From NCBI GenBank assembly GCA_043782485.1, contig JAYWAL010000023.1, positions 38,336 to 102,335 of the forward strand: a stretch of DNA of 64,000 bases, written 5' to 3'. The DNA comes from Acidobacteriaceae bacterium. Its GTDB lineage: Bacteria > Acidobacteriota > Terriglobia > Terriglobales > Acidobacteriaceae. Position 1 is the first letter of the stretch; the number at the start of each line of letters is the position of its first letter. Of the stretch, positions 11,101 through 19,681 are shown one piece after another. Below the pieces are notes generated by a model. That model made no database searches. It was not told the DNA's origin and was given only the letters and a program-made list of their open reading frames with translations. The position numbers and the translations under genes were made by a program.

Positions 11101-11529
11101 ATAATTGTTGATGGTGACGTTGAAGGCCTTTTCCATGGAAGCCACGGTACCTTCCAGATCGACGACAAGACGATGCGGAAAGCGGTTGGACACTTTGAGA
11201 CCCTGGCTCTTGGCCCAATCGACTACGGCTTGCTCGTCCTGCTGGGTGGGTCCGAAACGGGTATTCCATTCGGCTGACGTGAGGAAGTGGTGGAACTCTT
11301 TGCTGCCCTTGGTGTGCAGATCGCTGAGGAATTGCTCTTCGGCGTCCGGATGGGGGCGCTCGAGGCCAATGACCACGCGTAAGGCCTGGCTGGGACTGGT
11401 GTGTTGGATCAACTTGGCGGAACCGTTGACGACGGAAAGTGGAACACCGGCCGAAGGATCGGTAGCGGCGCTGGCGCTCAGCGGTAGAAGAGCTGAGAAC
11501 AGGGCGAGGATGACTGCTTTGAAACGCAT
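8179..11529 (-). CDS. secreted S53 (sedolisin/pro-kumamolisin) peptidase with C-terminal Ig-like repeat array
   Basis: Start re-set to ATG 11529 (MRFKAVILALFSALLPLSASA signal peptide). Pro-kumamolisin-like activation segment (RVVIGLERPHPDAEEQFLSDLHTKGSKEFHHFLT). Catalytic-Ser motif GVGGTSIVAPELAG. The tail has repeated TFKNG(A/G)ATLGTA...H(A/S)ITAVYSG Ig-like modules. Confidence 0.85.
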   Translation of the reverse strand: MRFKAVILALFSALLPLSASAATDPSAGVPLSVVNGSAKLIQHTSPSQALRVVIGLERPHPDAEEQFLSDLHTKGSKEFHHFLTSAEWNTRFGPTQQDEQAVVDWAKSQGLKVSNRFPHRLVVDLEGTVASMEKAFNVTINNYQVGAEVHFSNDRAPQIAGSVAGVVHSVMGLNDMQAMKPGLRNAVEPAMPSYSAGPAKGAMTSGGLNGSHAKLATAIKASKNKIKTGITSGFYDPTDLYGSNAYDFNALYAQGHCCNPFNNAGGTPPVTSIAIATAGAQDTNDFALFQAQYPYLAYHWFTIPIDGTPVCCDSEGTLDFEWSTAMSNSFGAFQNTSSVFIYQGANNLLTTFTDIYSHMLADGNARTMSVSWGCTEFSCADNGTMDTDHGIFNAMVGQGWSLVGISHDHGATSDCSTISVSYPGSDPDLVSAGGSTLFLNSDSTYNSEVAWTGGTGAGSCAGNNGGGGGGCSQKFAAPGYQGSNPSCGTGSRSVPDVSLNAAIGQNYMFGGVLRGVGGTSIVAPELAGFFAQENAYLYYENQVFVGNTCGNGACAPMGNPNWYMYYEGLNAPYAGHYPFYDITSGCNSNDITAANALGSYCAFGGYDLATGWGSFNALQLAWSINTYLAGDFGAPNTTFTGPTTNTWYNSNQIVSWSVADTTGNSRPATGVAGFSQAWDTDPGDAYSQATPGSGNSFYSGPQFPNSTTGCLELVSGGGCSGGVSQGCHTVFVHAWDNAGWGGVQTYGPVCYDTIAPATTDLQSPGPNVSGWNNSSVQLTVLPNDPGAGSTGSGIAASYYAVDNPACTSLNLGACVPYSAPVAIAAQGAHTFTFFSQDIAGNVQSQQAGAVNIDETAPVTGASFTGKNPVQVSLSASDGLSGVASTVYQLDGGAVKTYAGTLAVTAAGHHTIAFHSTDRAGNVEGSKSATFTVLAKSTTAVVSSLNPSSFGQAVTFTASVSPATATGTVTFKNGAATLGTAAVAAGKAKLTTSSLITGAHAITAVYSGSSTVAGSSAALSQTVKKAATKTTLVSSLNPAKSGKAVTFTATVTPGATGTVTFKNGGATLGTATINTSTHKAAITKSTLSVGTHSITAVYSGNANYATSTSLVLKQVIK

Positions 11530-11901
11530 GACTATCTCCTGAGATTGCGGGGGTGCGGAGTGGACAATGCATGCTGAAGGCCAACGCCGGTTCGGCGGAA
11601 TCCAGCGGCTCGTTGTGCCTATCGTCGTGCCATCGTCGTGCCTATCAAAGCGGCTTAAGAGCCTTTGCAGCAAGGGGTTTCCCTGAGGATGCGGAATAAC
11701 AGGCCCTGACAATGACGTGTTCTAAGAAGACGAAATTAGGGTGCTCGTTGGCAAACGAATCGTCTAGTTGCGTATCTCTTTGGATAGGAAAGTAGAGACC
11801 CGGCGGACTGCTGTGTTATCCAGCGGCGACCACCTGGCGTTCGATAGCACGAAGAGTGTTATGATTTCCGTCCCCCCTACTTATTGCTCAGGAGAATAGT
11901 C

Positions 11902-12768
11902 ATGAAAAACCTCATGCTTGGCGTAGCTATGCTTGCATTGTGCTCGTCGAGCTTCGCCAATGATTCGAAAACGACCAGCAACAACGCCTCCCGTGAAGCA
12001 GCGGCGGTGGCGGCCCAGAAGGCAGCGGCGGAATCCGCGCCGCACAGTCTGGCAGCCACCAGCACCTGCTCCTACAACTTCACTTCCGGCACCAATAAGA
12101 CGTTTCTGAGTTTTTGTGTCACCGTGAACGGCAATATCGCCCAACTCGCGACTCCGGTCGCCCGGGAACACATTGCGGTGGCAACTGCCGGCGAAGGCTA
12201 CGGCGTGTGCGACAACGCGGCAGGCGTCGCCTATTTTGACTATGCCGGCTATGGCGACAGCGGCAACTGGGGAGCGCCCACGCTGGTCAGCCAAACCGCG
12301 ACGGCGGTGAAAATTGCGCGCACGACCAGCGACGGCGTGTTTACGCTGACGCAAACCATCACAAAAGTTGCCAGCCCTCCATCCGTCAATGTGGCGATGC
12401 TGCTCAAGAACAACACGGCGGTTGCCAGAAGCATATTTCTCATACGTTATGCCGATGTGGATGTGAGCGGCACGACCAGCAACAACTTCGACGCCACCGA
12501 CAGTAGCGCGTTCGGTTGGAACTCCAGCGGCAGCAGCACGCCGCCGTTTGGTCTGGCGATCCAGAACGTCGGCAACCCGGTGGGGTTCGCCAATGTCCTT
12601 CCGCTTGCGCAAAACGTGCCTACAGGACCCAACGCATGCATCCCCGGATTAAATGAGGTTTTTGGGCAACCCGCGCTGGCGACGGATGGCTCCATAGCTA
12701 TCGTTTACGAGGGATCGGTACCGAAGAATGGAACGCGGACGGTGACAATGACCTACCGGGGACTGTAA
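11902..12768 (+). CDS. hypothetical secreted protein
   Basis: ATG 11902 preceded by GGAGA. Signal peptide MKNLMLGVAMLALCSSSFA. No family recognised. Confidence 0.5.
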   Translation: MKNLMLGVAMLALCSSSFANDSKTTSNNASREAAAVAAQKAAAESAPHSLAATSTCSYNFTSGTNKTFLSFCVTVNGNIAQLATPVAREHIAVATAGEGYGVCDNAAGVAYFDYAGYGDSGNWGAPTLVSQTATAVKIARTTSDGVFTLTQTITKVASPPSVNVAMLLKNNTAVARSIFLIRYADVDVSGTTSNNFDATDSSAFGWNSSGSSTPPFGLAIQNVGNPVGFANVLPLAQNVPTGPNACIPGLNEVFGQPALATDGSIAIVYEGSVPKNGTRTVTMTYRGL

Positions 12769-12775
12769 AGCCGGG

Positions 12776-12810
12776 AAAGCCGACTCCGGGTGGGGTCGGC
12801 TTTTCTACTT
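12776..12810 (+). terminator. putative intrinsic terminator after 11902..12768
   Basis: Stem aaagccgac/gtcggcttt with a 10-nt loop, followed by a U-rich tctactt. It begins 8 nt after the TAA stop. Confidence 0.45.
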
Positions 12811-12835
12811 GCTGGCAGTGTTGGCTCGACGCGCG

Positions 12836-12862
12836 CGGGCGGGGATGCCCGTGCCTCCATCG
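12836..12862. repeat. 27-bp dispersed motif CGGGCGGGGAYGCCCGKGCCTCCATYG (copy 1 of 3)
   Basis: Near-identical copies at 40201-40227 and 48498-48524, all in the same orientation. Contains the small hairpin cgggc/gcccg. Confidence 0.7.
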
Positions 12863-12874
12863 GTTGCAGGCGGG

Positions 12875-13465
12875 CTACTTCAGCTCCAGCACTTCTTTCT
12901 CTTTGTTCTTGCTCATCTCTTCCATCTTGCGAATTTCGTCGTCGGTGAGCTTTTGGATTTCATCGAGGGAGCGCTTTTCTTCGTCCTCGCTGATTTTCTT
13001 GTCTTTCATCGTCTTCTTAATTGCGTCGTTGCCGTCGCGGCGGATGTTGCGGACGGCGGTGCGGTGCTCTTCCAGAATTTTGTGGAGATGCTTGGCCATT
13101 TCCTTGCGACGCTCTTCGGTGAGCGCGGGGATGGGCACGCGGACGACTTTGCCATCGTTCATGGGATTGAGGCCGAGATCGCCGCCACGGATGGCTTTTT
13201 CAATCGCCGGAAGCACGCTGGGATCGAACGGCGTAACGGAGATCAGTTGCGGCTCGGGCGCATGGATGGTGGCGACCTGGTTGAGCGGCATGTTCGAGCC
13301 GTAGGCTTCGACGACGATGTTATCGAGCATGGAAACCGAGGCGCGTCCCGTGCGCGTAGCCGACATTTCCTTGCGGAAGGCTTCAACGGCCTTGTCCATG
13401 CGGGTTTTGAGCTGGCCTTGCAGCTCGCGCAGTGCGGGGATGGTGGCCATTACGGATTGCGCCAT
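12875..13465 (-). CDS. frr: ribosome recycling factor
   Basis: 196 aa. Motifs RTGRASVSMLDNIVVEAYGSNMPLNQVATI and LGLNPMNDGKVVRVPIPALTEERRKE are typical RRF sequence. It lies downstream of pyrH. Confidence 0.95.
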   Translation of the reverse strand: MAQSVMATIPALRELQGQLKTRMDKAVEAFRKEMSATRTGRASVSMLDNIVVEAYGSNMPLNQVATIHAPEPQLISVTPFDPSVLPAIEKAIRGGDLGLNPMNDGKVVRVPIPALTEERRKEMAKHLHKILEEHRTAVRNIRRDGNDAIKKTMKDKKISEDEEKRSLDEIQKLTDDEIRKMEEMSKNKEKEVLELK

Positions 13466-13540
13466 GGTGTGCTCCGGGGATCATGGGATGAAAACAGACG
13501 ATTATAAACCGGGCTGTCGGGCTGTGTACGACACCCATCT

Positions 13541-13620
13541 TGTCATTCCGACCGCAGGGAGGAATCCGCTCTTGATCGAGCAAGCGGTTGAACAGATTCC
13601 TCGCTGCGCTCGGAATGACA
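13541..13620. repeat. inverted repeat: 26-bp arms (24/26 complementary) around a 28-bp spacer
   Basis: Left arm tgtcattccgaccgcagggaggaatc (13541-13566). Right arm gattcctcgctgcgctcggaatgaca (13595-13620). Located in the pyrH-frr intergenic gap. Confidence 0.75.
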
Positions 13621-13658
13621 ATTGTGATAGCTCCCGCGGGTCGAGAGCCGAAGACGCG

Positions 13659-14466
<808 letters not shown>

Positions 14467-14471
14467 TAGTT

Positions 14472-15128
14472 CTATTCTTCTTTCGCTTCCACCGGAGTCG
14501 TGAACGCCACGGTGGCATTCGCGTCGCCTACCTTGAAGCGGGCGAAGCGGCGGACGCTGATGTTCTCGCCGAGCTTGCCGATCTTCGTCGCCACCAGCTG
14601 CGAGATGGTCGTGGTCTGGTCCTTGATGAACGGCTGTTCCAGAAGGCAAACTTCTTCGTAGAACTTCGCCATCTTGCCCGTCACCATTTTTTCGGCGATG
14701 GCTGGAGGTTTCCCAGCCGCCACGGCCTGCGCCATGGCAATGTCCTTCTCGCGCTCGAAATCGGCCGCCGTCACATCTTCGCGGCGAATGAACTTCGGGT
14801 CGCTGGCGGCGATGTGCATGGAGATGTCGTGCAGTAGTTCCTTGAAGTCTTCCGTGCGGGCGACAAAATCGCTCTCGCAGTTGACTTCCAGTAGCACGCC
14901 GATCTTACCGCCGGCGTGGATGTAGTAACCTACCGAACCTTCACTGGTGACGCGCGCGGCCTTCTTGCCGGCCAGCGAAACACCACGCTTACGCAGGTGG
15001 ATGATCGCCTGCTCCATGTCGCCCTTGGCTTCGGTGAGGGCGGCCTTGCAATCCATCATGGGCGCCCCGCTTTTTTCGCGGAGCTCTTTTACCTGTGCGG
15101 CGGAAATATTCATAGTCGTTGTGCTCAT
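14472..15128 (-). CDS. tsf: elongation factor Ts
   Basis: Start re-set to ATG 15128 (MSTTTMNISAAQVKELREKSGAPMMDCKAALTEA, the canonical EF-Ts N-terminus). It lies downstream of rpsB. Confidence 0.95.
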   Translation of the reverse strand: MSTTTMNISAAQVKELREKSGAPMMDCKAALTEAKGDMEQAIIHLRKRGVSLAGKKAARVTSEGSVGYYIHAGGKIGVLLEVNCESDFVARTEDFKELLHDISMHIAASDPKFIRREDVTAADFEREKDIAMAQAVAAGKPPAIAEKMVTGKMAKFYEEVCLLEQPFIKDQTTTISQLVATKIGKLGENISVRRFARFKVGDANATVAFTTPVEAKEE

Positions 15129-15281
15129 AAGAGATCTATTCTCTTTTCTCAGTAATACTAATTTGATGCGCTCAATCCCGAAGCGTCGCAGAACGCTTGT
15201 GGGCGACAACTTAGCGAACAAAACTTGACCCGCGGCGAGGGACGCGCGCGGGTCCAATTCGCTGCAACAAAAACGCGTTGG

Positions 15282-16229
15282 TTACACCGCCGGTGTTTCG
15301 ACTGGTGTTTCGACCGAGGCTTCCGCGGGCGTTTCGACCAGCACAGCGGCCGGAACAACAACCGGAGCCGCCACTACCGGGGCCACTCGTTTGCCGCGTC
15401 CCAGCACTTCTTCCATGCTGATGTCCTCGCCGTCATCACCCACGTAGCCTTCGACAACAGAAGCGTCGTGGGCGTGAATTTCCAGGCCTTCGGCAGGCAC
15501 TGGTTCGGCATCCGCGACACGCTGTTCGTCGGACTGCCCCGCCATGCGTAGCTGCTGTCCCTCCACAATCGACTCGGAAATCTTCGACGTGAATAGACGA
15601 ATCGCGCGCAGCGCGTCATCGTTGCCAGGAATGACGTAGTCGACTTCGCTGGGATCGCAGTTCGTGTCCACTACCGCGACGACTGGAATGCCCAACTTAC
15701 GGGCTTCGCGGACGGCAATCTGTTCCTTGTTCGAATCGACGACAAAAATCGCATCCGGCACGCGGCTCATGTTCTTGATGCCGGCCAGATTCGCCTGGAG
15801 ATGCTTGCGCGCCCGCTCCAGAACAATAACTTCCTTCTTGGGCAGCAACTCGTAGCGGCCATCGGTCGCCATTTCGTCGAGCTCCTTGAGGCGCTTCACC
15901 GACTTCTGGACCGTAACCCAGTTGGTGAGCAAACCGCCGAGCCAACGATTGTTCACATAGAACATGTTGCAGCGCGTGGCTTCTTCGGTGATCGCGTCCT
16001 GAGCTTGGCGCTTGGTTCCGACGAACATGATCGTCTTGCCCTGAGCCGCCAACTCCTGCACGAATTTCGACGCTTCCTTGAACATCTTCAGCGTCTTCTG
16101 CAGGTCAATGATGTAAATGCCGTTCCGTTCTCCGAAGATGTATTCCTTCATCTTGGGATTCCAGCGCTTGGTTTGGTGCCCGAAGTGAACACCCGCTTCG
16201 AGCAATTCCTTCATCGTGATATTCGCCAA
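15282..16229 (-). CDS. rpsB: 30S ribosomal protein S2 with a low-complexity C-terminal extension
   Basis: [43 protein letters not shown] is canonical S2. The roughly 60-aa Ala/Val/Pro/Glu-rich tail is extra. Confidence 0.95.
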   Translation of the reverse strand: MANITMKELLEAGVHFGHQTKRWNPKMKEYIFGERNGIYIIDLQKTLKMFKEASKFVQELAAQGKTIMFVGTKRQAQDAITEEATRCNMFYVNNRWLGGLLTNWVTVQKSVKRLKELDEMATDGRYELLPKKEVIVLERARKHLQANLAGIKNMSRVPDAIFVVDSNKEQIAVREARKLGIPVVAVVDTNCDPSEVDYVIPGNDDALRAIRLFTSKISESIVEGQQLRMAGQSDEQRVADAEPVPAEGLEIHAHDASVVEGYVGDDGEDISMEEVLGRGKRVAPVVAAPVVVPAAVLVETPAEASVETPVETPAV

Positions 16230-16330
16230 ATCAACCTCCTATGTTGATCTGCATCCAGAAACGTAAATTTTCCGGATTGCCATTCCCGCACCCGCGCTGT
16301 GAGGCGCGAGATGAATTGAACACCTAAACC

Positions 16331-16406
16331 AGCCATCAGCAGCCAGCTATCAGTTGCCAGTCTTTCCGCTTCTAACTGGTGGCTGACAACTGAAGGCTGA
16401 CAACTG
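16331..16406. repeat. heptad-type CAGC/GCTGACA repeat array with inverted arms
   Basis: Sequence is ...atcagcagccagctatcagttgccag...ctggtggctgacaactgaaggctgacaactg. It fills the rpsI-rpsB intergenic gap. Confidence 0.7.
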
Positions 16407-16409
16407 CTC

Positions 16410-16805
16410 TTATCTCTTGCTGAACTGGAAGCGTTTACGAGCGCCCTTCTGGCCGTACTTCTTGCGCTCTTTGCCACGCGGATCGCGTGAGACCATGCCC
16501 GCAGCCTTGAGGACCTTGCGCAATTCCACATTGAAAACCATCAGCGCGCGGGCAATGCCCATCTTCACGGCATCGGCCTGACCATTCACGCCGCCGCCTT
16601 GCACCGTGGCGATCACGTTGAACGTTCCCGCCGTTTCGCTGGTCGCCAAGGGCGATTTTGCTGCACCGCGTTGCGCGTCGGTCACAAAGTATTCTTCGAA
16701 CGCTTTGCCATTAACCTTGAACTCGCCGCTGCCGGGACGTAAAAACACACGGGCAACCGCCGTCTTGCGGCGTCCCGTTCCGTAATATTGAACTAGTTCA
16801 GCCAT
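16410..16805 (-). CDS. rpsI: 30S ribosomal protein S9
   Basis: Start re-set to ATG 16805 ([20 protein letters not shown]). The C-terminus ...[18 protein letters not shown] is canonical. Confidence 0.95.
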   Translation of the reverse strand: MAELVQYYGTGRRKTAVARVFLRPGSGEFKVNGKAFEEYFVTDAQRGAAKSPLATSETAGTFNVIATVQGGGVNGQADAVKMGIARALMVFNVELRKVLKAAGMVSRDPRGKERKKYGQKGARKRFQFSKR

Positions 16806-16906
16806 GTTTCGATCTCGCCTTGACTGCAAATTTTTGGCTAGACCCGAAGGCCAGCCGCCGCACCCCGATTTATTACTGATTGGTCAATAACAAGTCGGTT
16901 AATTAA

Positions 16907-17341
16907 CTACTTAGCCAATACTTTTGCGACCGGCTTCTGCGCTTCGTGCGGATGCTTGTCGTCGCGGTACACCTTAAGCTTGTCAATCATCTGACCGCCC
17001 ATCTTGGTCTTGGGCAACATGCGGACCACGGCGTCCTTAATGATCGCTTCCGGCTTGTTTTGAATACGATCCTTGTAGGCTTCCGTTCGCAACCCACCCG
17101 GAAAGCCCGTGTAGCGGTGATAAGCCTTCTGCTCGACCTTGGCGCCGGTAACGCGGATCTTGGCGGCGTTGATGACCACAACGTGGTCGCCAACGTCAAT
17201 AAAAGGCGTGTATTGCGGGTTTTCCTTGCCCATCAAAATCAGGGCAACCTGAGAAGCCAGACGCCCGAGCGTCTGTCCTTCCGCATCCACGACAAGCCAC
17301 TTGCGTACGATTTCCCCCGCTTTGGGGAAATAGGTTGACAT
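16907..17341 (-). CDS. rplM: 50S ribosomal protein L13
   Basis: 144 aa. The sequence [25 protein letters not shown]...[10 protein letters not shown] is canonical L13. It lies upstream of rpsI. Confidence 0.95.
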   Translation of the reverse strand: MSTYFPKAGEIVRKWLVVDAEGQTLGRLASQVALILMGKENPQYTPFIDVGDHVVVINAAKIRVTGAKVEQKAYHRYTGFPGGLRTEAYKDRIQNKPEAIIKDAVVRMLPKTKMGGQMIDKLKVYRDDKHPHEAQKPVAKVLAK

Positions 17342-17526
17342 CAGATTCTCCTGTAAAAGAAACGAAAAAAGACCGCGGAGTCAGTCCTAGGGAACCCACT
17401 GGGCGCTCAGGCGGACAATCGTTGGCTCTCAAAAGTTTAAGGATAGTGGAAAAAAGGGGCGTTTGTCAACGGGGGCATGGCCTAGCCCCGGCCCAAACTA
17501 CCTGCTCGACTTCCCTGCCCAACGAC

Positions 17527-18075
17527 TTAAAGAAGCGGCTTGACCATTGCTTGAACCGCATCGGTGTATTCAAAACCAATGATTTTTTGGCTTAAAACAC
17601 CTTGGCGGTCGTAGATCAGGGTGGTCGGCAGGCCCTCGATTCCGCCAAATTTCTGCTTCAAGTCCTCGGCGGCCACGGCTAACGGGTAGCGCACGCCGAT
17701 TTTCTTGGCGAACTGTACGGGGTCTTCGGTGTCGGGCATGACATCGAATTTGAAGCCGACGACGGCGAAGCCTCGGGCGGCGTAGAGGTCGGCCAGCTTT
17801 TGGTATCCGGGCATTTCTTTTTTGCAGGGCTGGCACCAGGTGGCCCAAAAATCGATGAGCACGACTTTACCGCGCAGGTCGGCGGAAGTGATGGTTCGGC
17901 CCTGCAAGTCCGGCAAGGTGAATTCCGGCATCTGCGAGCCAATTTCGCCCATAGCTACGGCTGCCTTTTTCGGCGATGGCGGGGAGTTCGCCGAATGCGA
18001 ATTGCATCCGGCGAGTCCCGCCACGGTCAGGCACAACAGGAAGCCGCGTGACATTAGACTTTGAAGTTTCGTCAT
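17527..18075 (-). CDS. TlpA-like periplasmic thiol:disulfide oxidoreductase (thioredoxin fold)
   Basis: Lipoprotein-like signal peptide (...LAGC). Active site WATWCQPCKKEMP. Its ATG directly abuts the TAG stop of the upstream gene. Confidence 0.85.
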   Translation of the reverse strand: MTKLQSLMSRGFLLCLTVAGLAGCNSHSANSPPSPKKAAVAMGEIGSQMPEFTLPDLQGRTITSADLRGKVVLIDFWATWCQPCKKEMPGYQKLADLYAARGFAVVGFKFDVMPDTEDPVQFAKKIGVRYPLAVAAEDLKQKFGGIEGLPTTLIYDRQGVLSQKIIGFEYTDAVQAMVKPLL

Positions 18076-18603
18076 CTATTCCTTCTTCTGAATTTCCAGA
18101 ATCAGCAGCGTCAGCGCGGCCGGGAAGTCTTTCTTTCGCTTCCCTTCCGGCTTTTTGTAAAGCTGCCCGCGAAGCGTGACCTTCGTCGGAGCGCCCGCCA
18201 GGGATTCCAACCCTTTCGAGAGCTCGGTGGGAGAGAACGTGAAAGACCGGTTCGGTTCCACCTGTAGGGCTAGGTTTCCCGATGCGTCTTTGACGATCTT
18301 GCCGCGCGCGAGGATGTCCATCTCGGCGGCGGTCACGCCACTGTCGTAGGTCGCCTTCAAAAGCGCGACGGGATCAATTTGCCCGTCTTCTTTGGGAGTG
18401 ACCTGCACTTTCCCGTCGATCAAACTGACTTCTACATTTTGAACGCCAGACTGGCGTCCTAGGTGCTGTTTCACACCGAAGGCTCAAAAGTTTCAAGTCA
18501 TGCCTTCGACGCGCATTTCAATATGCTTGACTTGCGCTTCAGCCACGGGCACAACCAGAATTGCGCCGAGCAGAAGCAGGAAAGCTGCGGATTTGCGTTG
18601 CAT
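18076..18603 (-). CDS. secreted heavy-metal-associated (HMA) domain protein with two in-frame TGA codons at the CxxC positions (candidate UxxU selenoprotein)
   Basis: ATG 18603 with AAGGAG upstream. The translation is MQRKSAAFLLLLGAILVVPVAEAQVKHIEMRVEGMT-TGA-NF-TGA-AFGVKQHLGRQSGVQNVEVSLIDGKVQV... The TGA codons are at 18493-18495 and 18484-18486. The same frame continues into track ORF 18076..18474. Confidence 0.6.
18441..18459 (-). promoter_or_regulatory. candidate SECIS-like stem-loop
   Basis: The mRNA forms GGACGCCA-GUC-UGGCGUUC (8 bp including one G.U). It starts 24 nt after the second TGA. Confidence 0.35.
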
Positions 18604-18616
18604 TATGATTCTCCTT

Positions 18617-18668
18617 GATAGCTGTCAGCTGTCAGCTATGAGCCGTCAGCTCTTGATAGCTGATAGCC
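18617..18668. repeat. direct heptad array gatagct gtcagct gtcagct atgagcc gtcagct (ctt) gatagct gatagcc
   Basis: 7-nt periodicity read directly from the sequence. It fills the gap between the OMP gene stop (18673) and the HMA gene RBS. Confidence 0.85.
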
Positions 18669-18672
18669 GTTC

Positions 18673-19608
18673 TTAAAGATGCATTCGAAACTGCTGCGTG
18701 ATTCCAAAACTGATATGACGCTTCACGGGCATGAATGTTGCTCCCGCTCCGTGCGCCACATCCCAATCCATGCCTAACCATGCGTGCACTCCCGGACGCA
18801 GGCCAACATAGCTGGTGACCCCGGCTTGCAATTGGTCTCCCCCGCTGCCGCGCTGCGTGACCCCGGCGATGCGGTCGTCTTGCGAATGCAGCCACGTCAG
18901 CACCGGGCCAATGAACCACTCCCGCGCGCCGTTCTTCGACTCATACGGACGGTAGGAGAGCCAGAAACGCGATCCAACTTCACTGCCGAGCCGAGTCGCT
19001 TGCGCTCCCTCCGTTCGCACGAGCGCGTGAAAGTCTTCATCGGCAACCAGCCGCCGAATGTTGAACAGCCCCGTATACGTGCCGTTCGCCGCCAGGAATA
19101 AATCCGTCGAGCCTGAACCCGGCTGCAAGCCGGCGGGCAGCCGGATGCCGGTATCGGCGTTCATGTTCGTGCGTCCGGTTGGCAACTTGGGGCCAAACGT
19201 GACCGATGCCTGCGTCGTACCTCGCGGCGAGTCACGCCGGAAGAAGCGGTACTTCGCCAGCAGCATCACATCCCCGAGTCCCGTTCCCCCAACCGTCGGC
19301 GCGGCTGAGGGGCGATAACGATTCGTCACGATGGGAACTACAACAGCGAAATCCCAATCCTGATGAAATCCCCAAGTGAAATTGAAGTCCCCTTCGTGTG
19401 AGAACGTGGGCCGCGCGGTTCCAGTAATTCCGCCCGGCACGCGCGCGCGGGTGGTGAAGATGGAATTGTAAGAAACGAGCGCACCCCCCGGAAACAATGG
19501 CGGTGCAGTCTCCGGAGCTGGACCCTGCCCCCAAGCGGCAGCCGCGGTCAGCAAAAACAGCGGCAGCCACTGGGCGCATTTTCTACTTTTGGTATTTCCA
19601 AATTTCAC
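18673..19608 (-). CDS. outer-membrane beta-barrel protein (MetA-pathway/transporter-like OMP, tentative)
   Basis: Start re-set to GTG 19608 (GGAGG 8 nt upstream; VKFGNTKSRKCAQWLPLFLLTAAAAWGQ signal peptide). Alternating beta-strand pattern with C-terminal ...ISFGITQQFRMHL. Confidence 0.6.
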   Translation of the reverse strand: MKFGNTKSRKCAQWLPLFLLTAAAAWGQGPAPETAPPLFPGGALVSYNSIFTTRARVPGGITGTARPTFSHEGDFNFTWGFHQDWDFAVVVPIVTNRYRPSAAPTVGGTGLGDVMLLAKYRFFRRDSPRGTTQASVTFGPKLPTGRTNMNADTGIRLPAGLQPGSGSTDLFLAANGTYTGLFNIRRLVADEDFHALVRTEGAQATRLGSEVGSRFWLSYRPYESKNGAREWFIGPVLTWLHSQDDRIAGVTQRGSGGDQLQAGVTSYVGLRPGVHAWLGMDWDVAHGAGATFMPVKRHISFGITQQFRMHL

Positions 19609-19681
19609 AGTGTTTCCTCCCCAAAAAACGACGATTCCAGGCACACGAATGCGTGCCGACGAGAAACGACGGGAGGTCTGG

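Noticed and set aside
11530-11712. N-terminal extensions of track ORFs: 8179..11712, 14472..15257, 18673..19746, 32831..34528, 37276..38301, 46175..48307, 48945..49229, 54781..55560.
   Set aside because: Downstream starts give canonical family N-termini or signal peptides with better RBS context. The extensions are basic or low-complexity, or they overlap the neighbouring gene.
18484-18495. Alternative genetic code (TGA read as Trp or Gly) as the explanation for the in-frame TGAs.
   Set aside because: TGA terminates several well-defined genes at family-typical lengths in this window (coaX at 55485, the GNAT gene at 31086, the immunity-like gene at 61108). Site-specific Sec recoding or pseudogenisation are therefore the only options considered.
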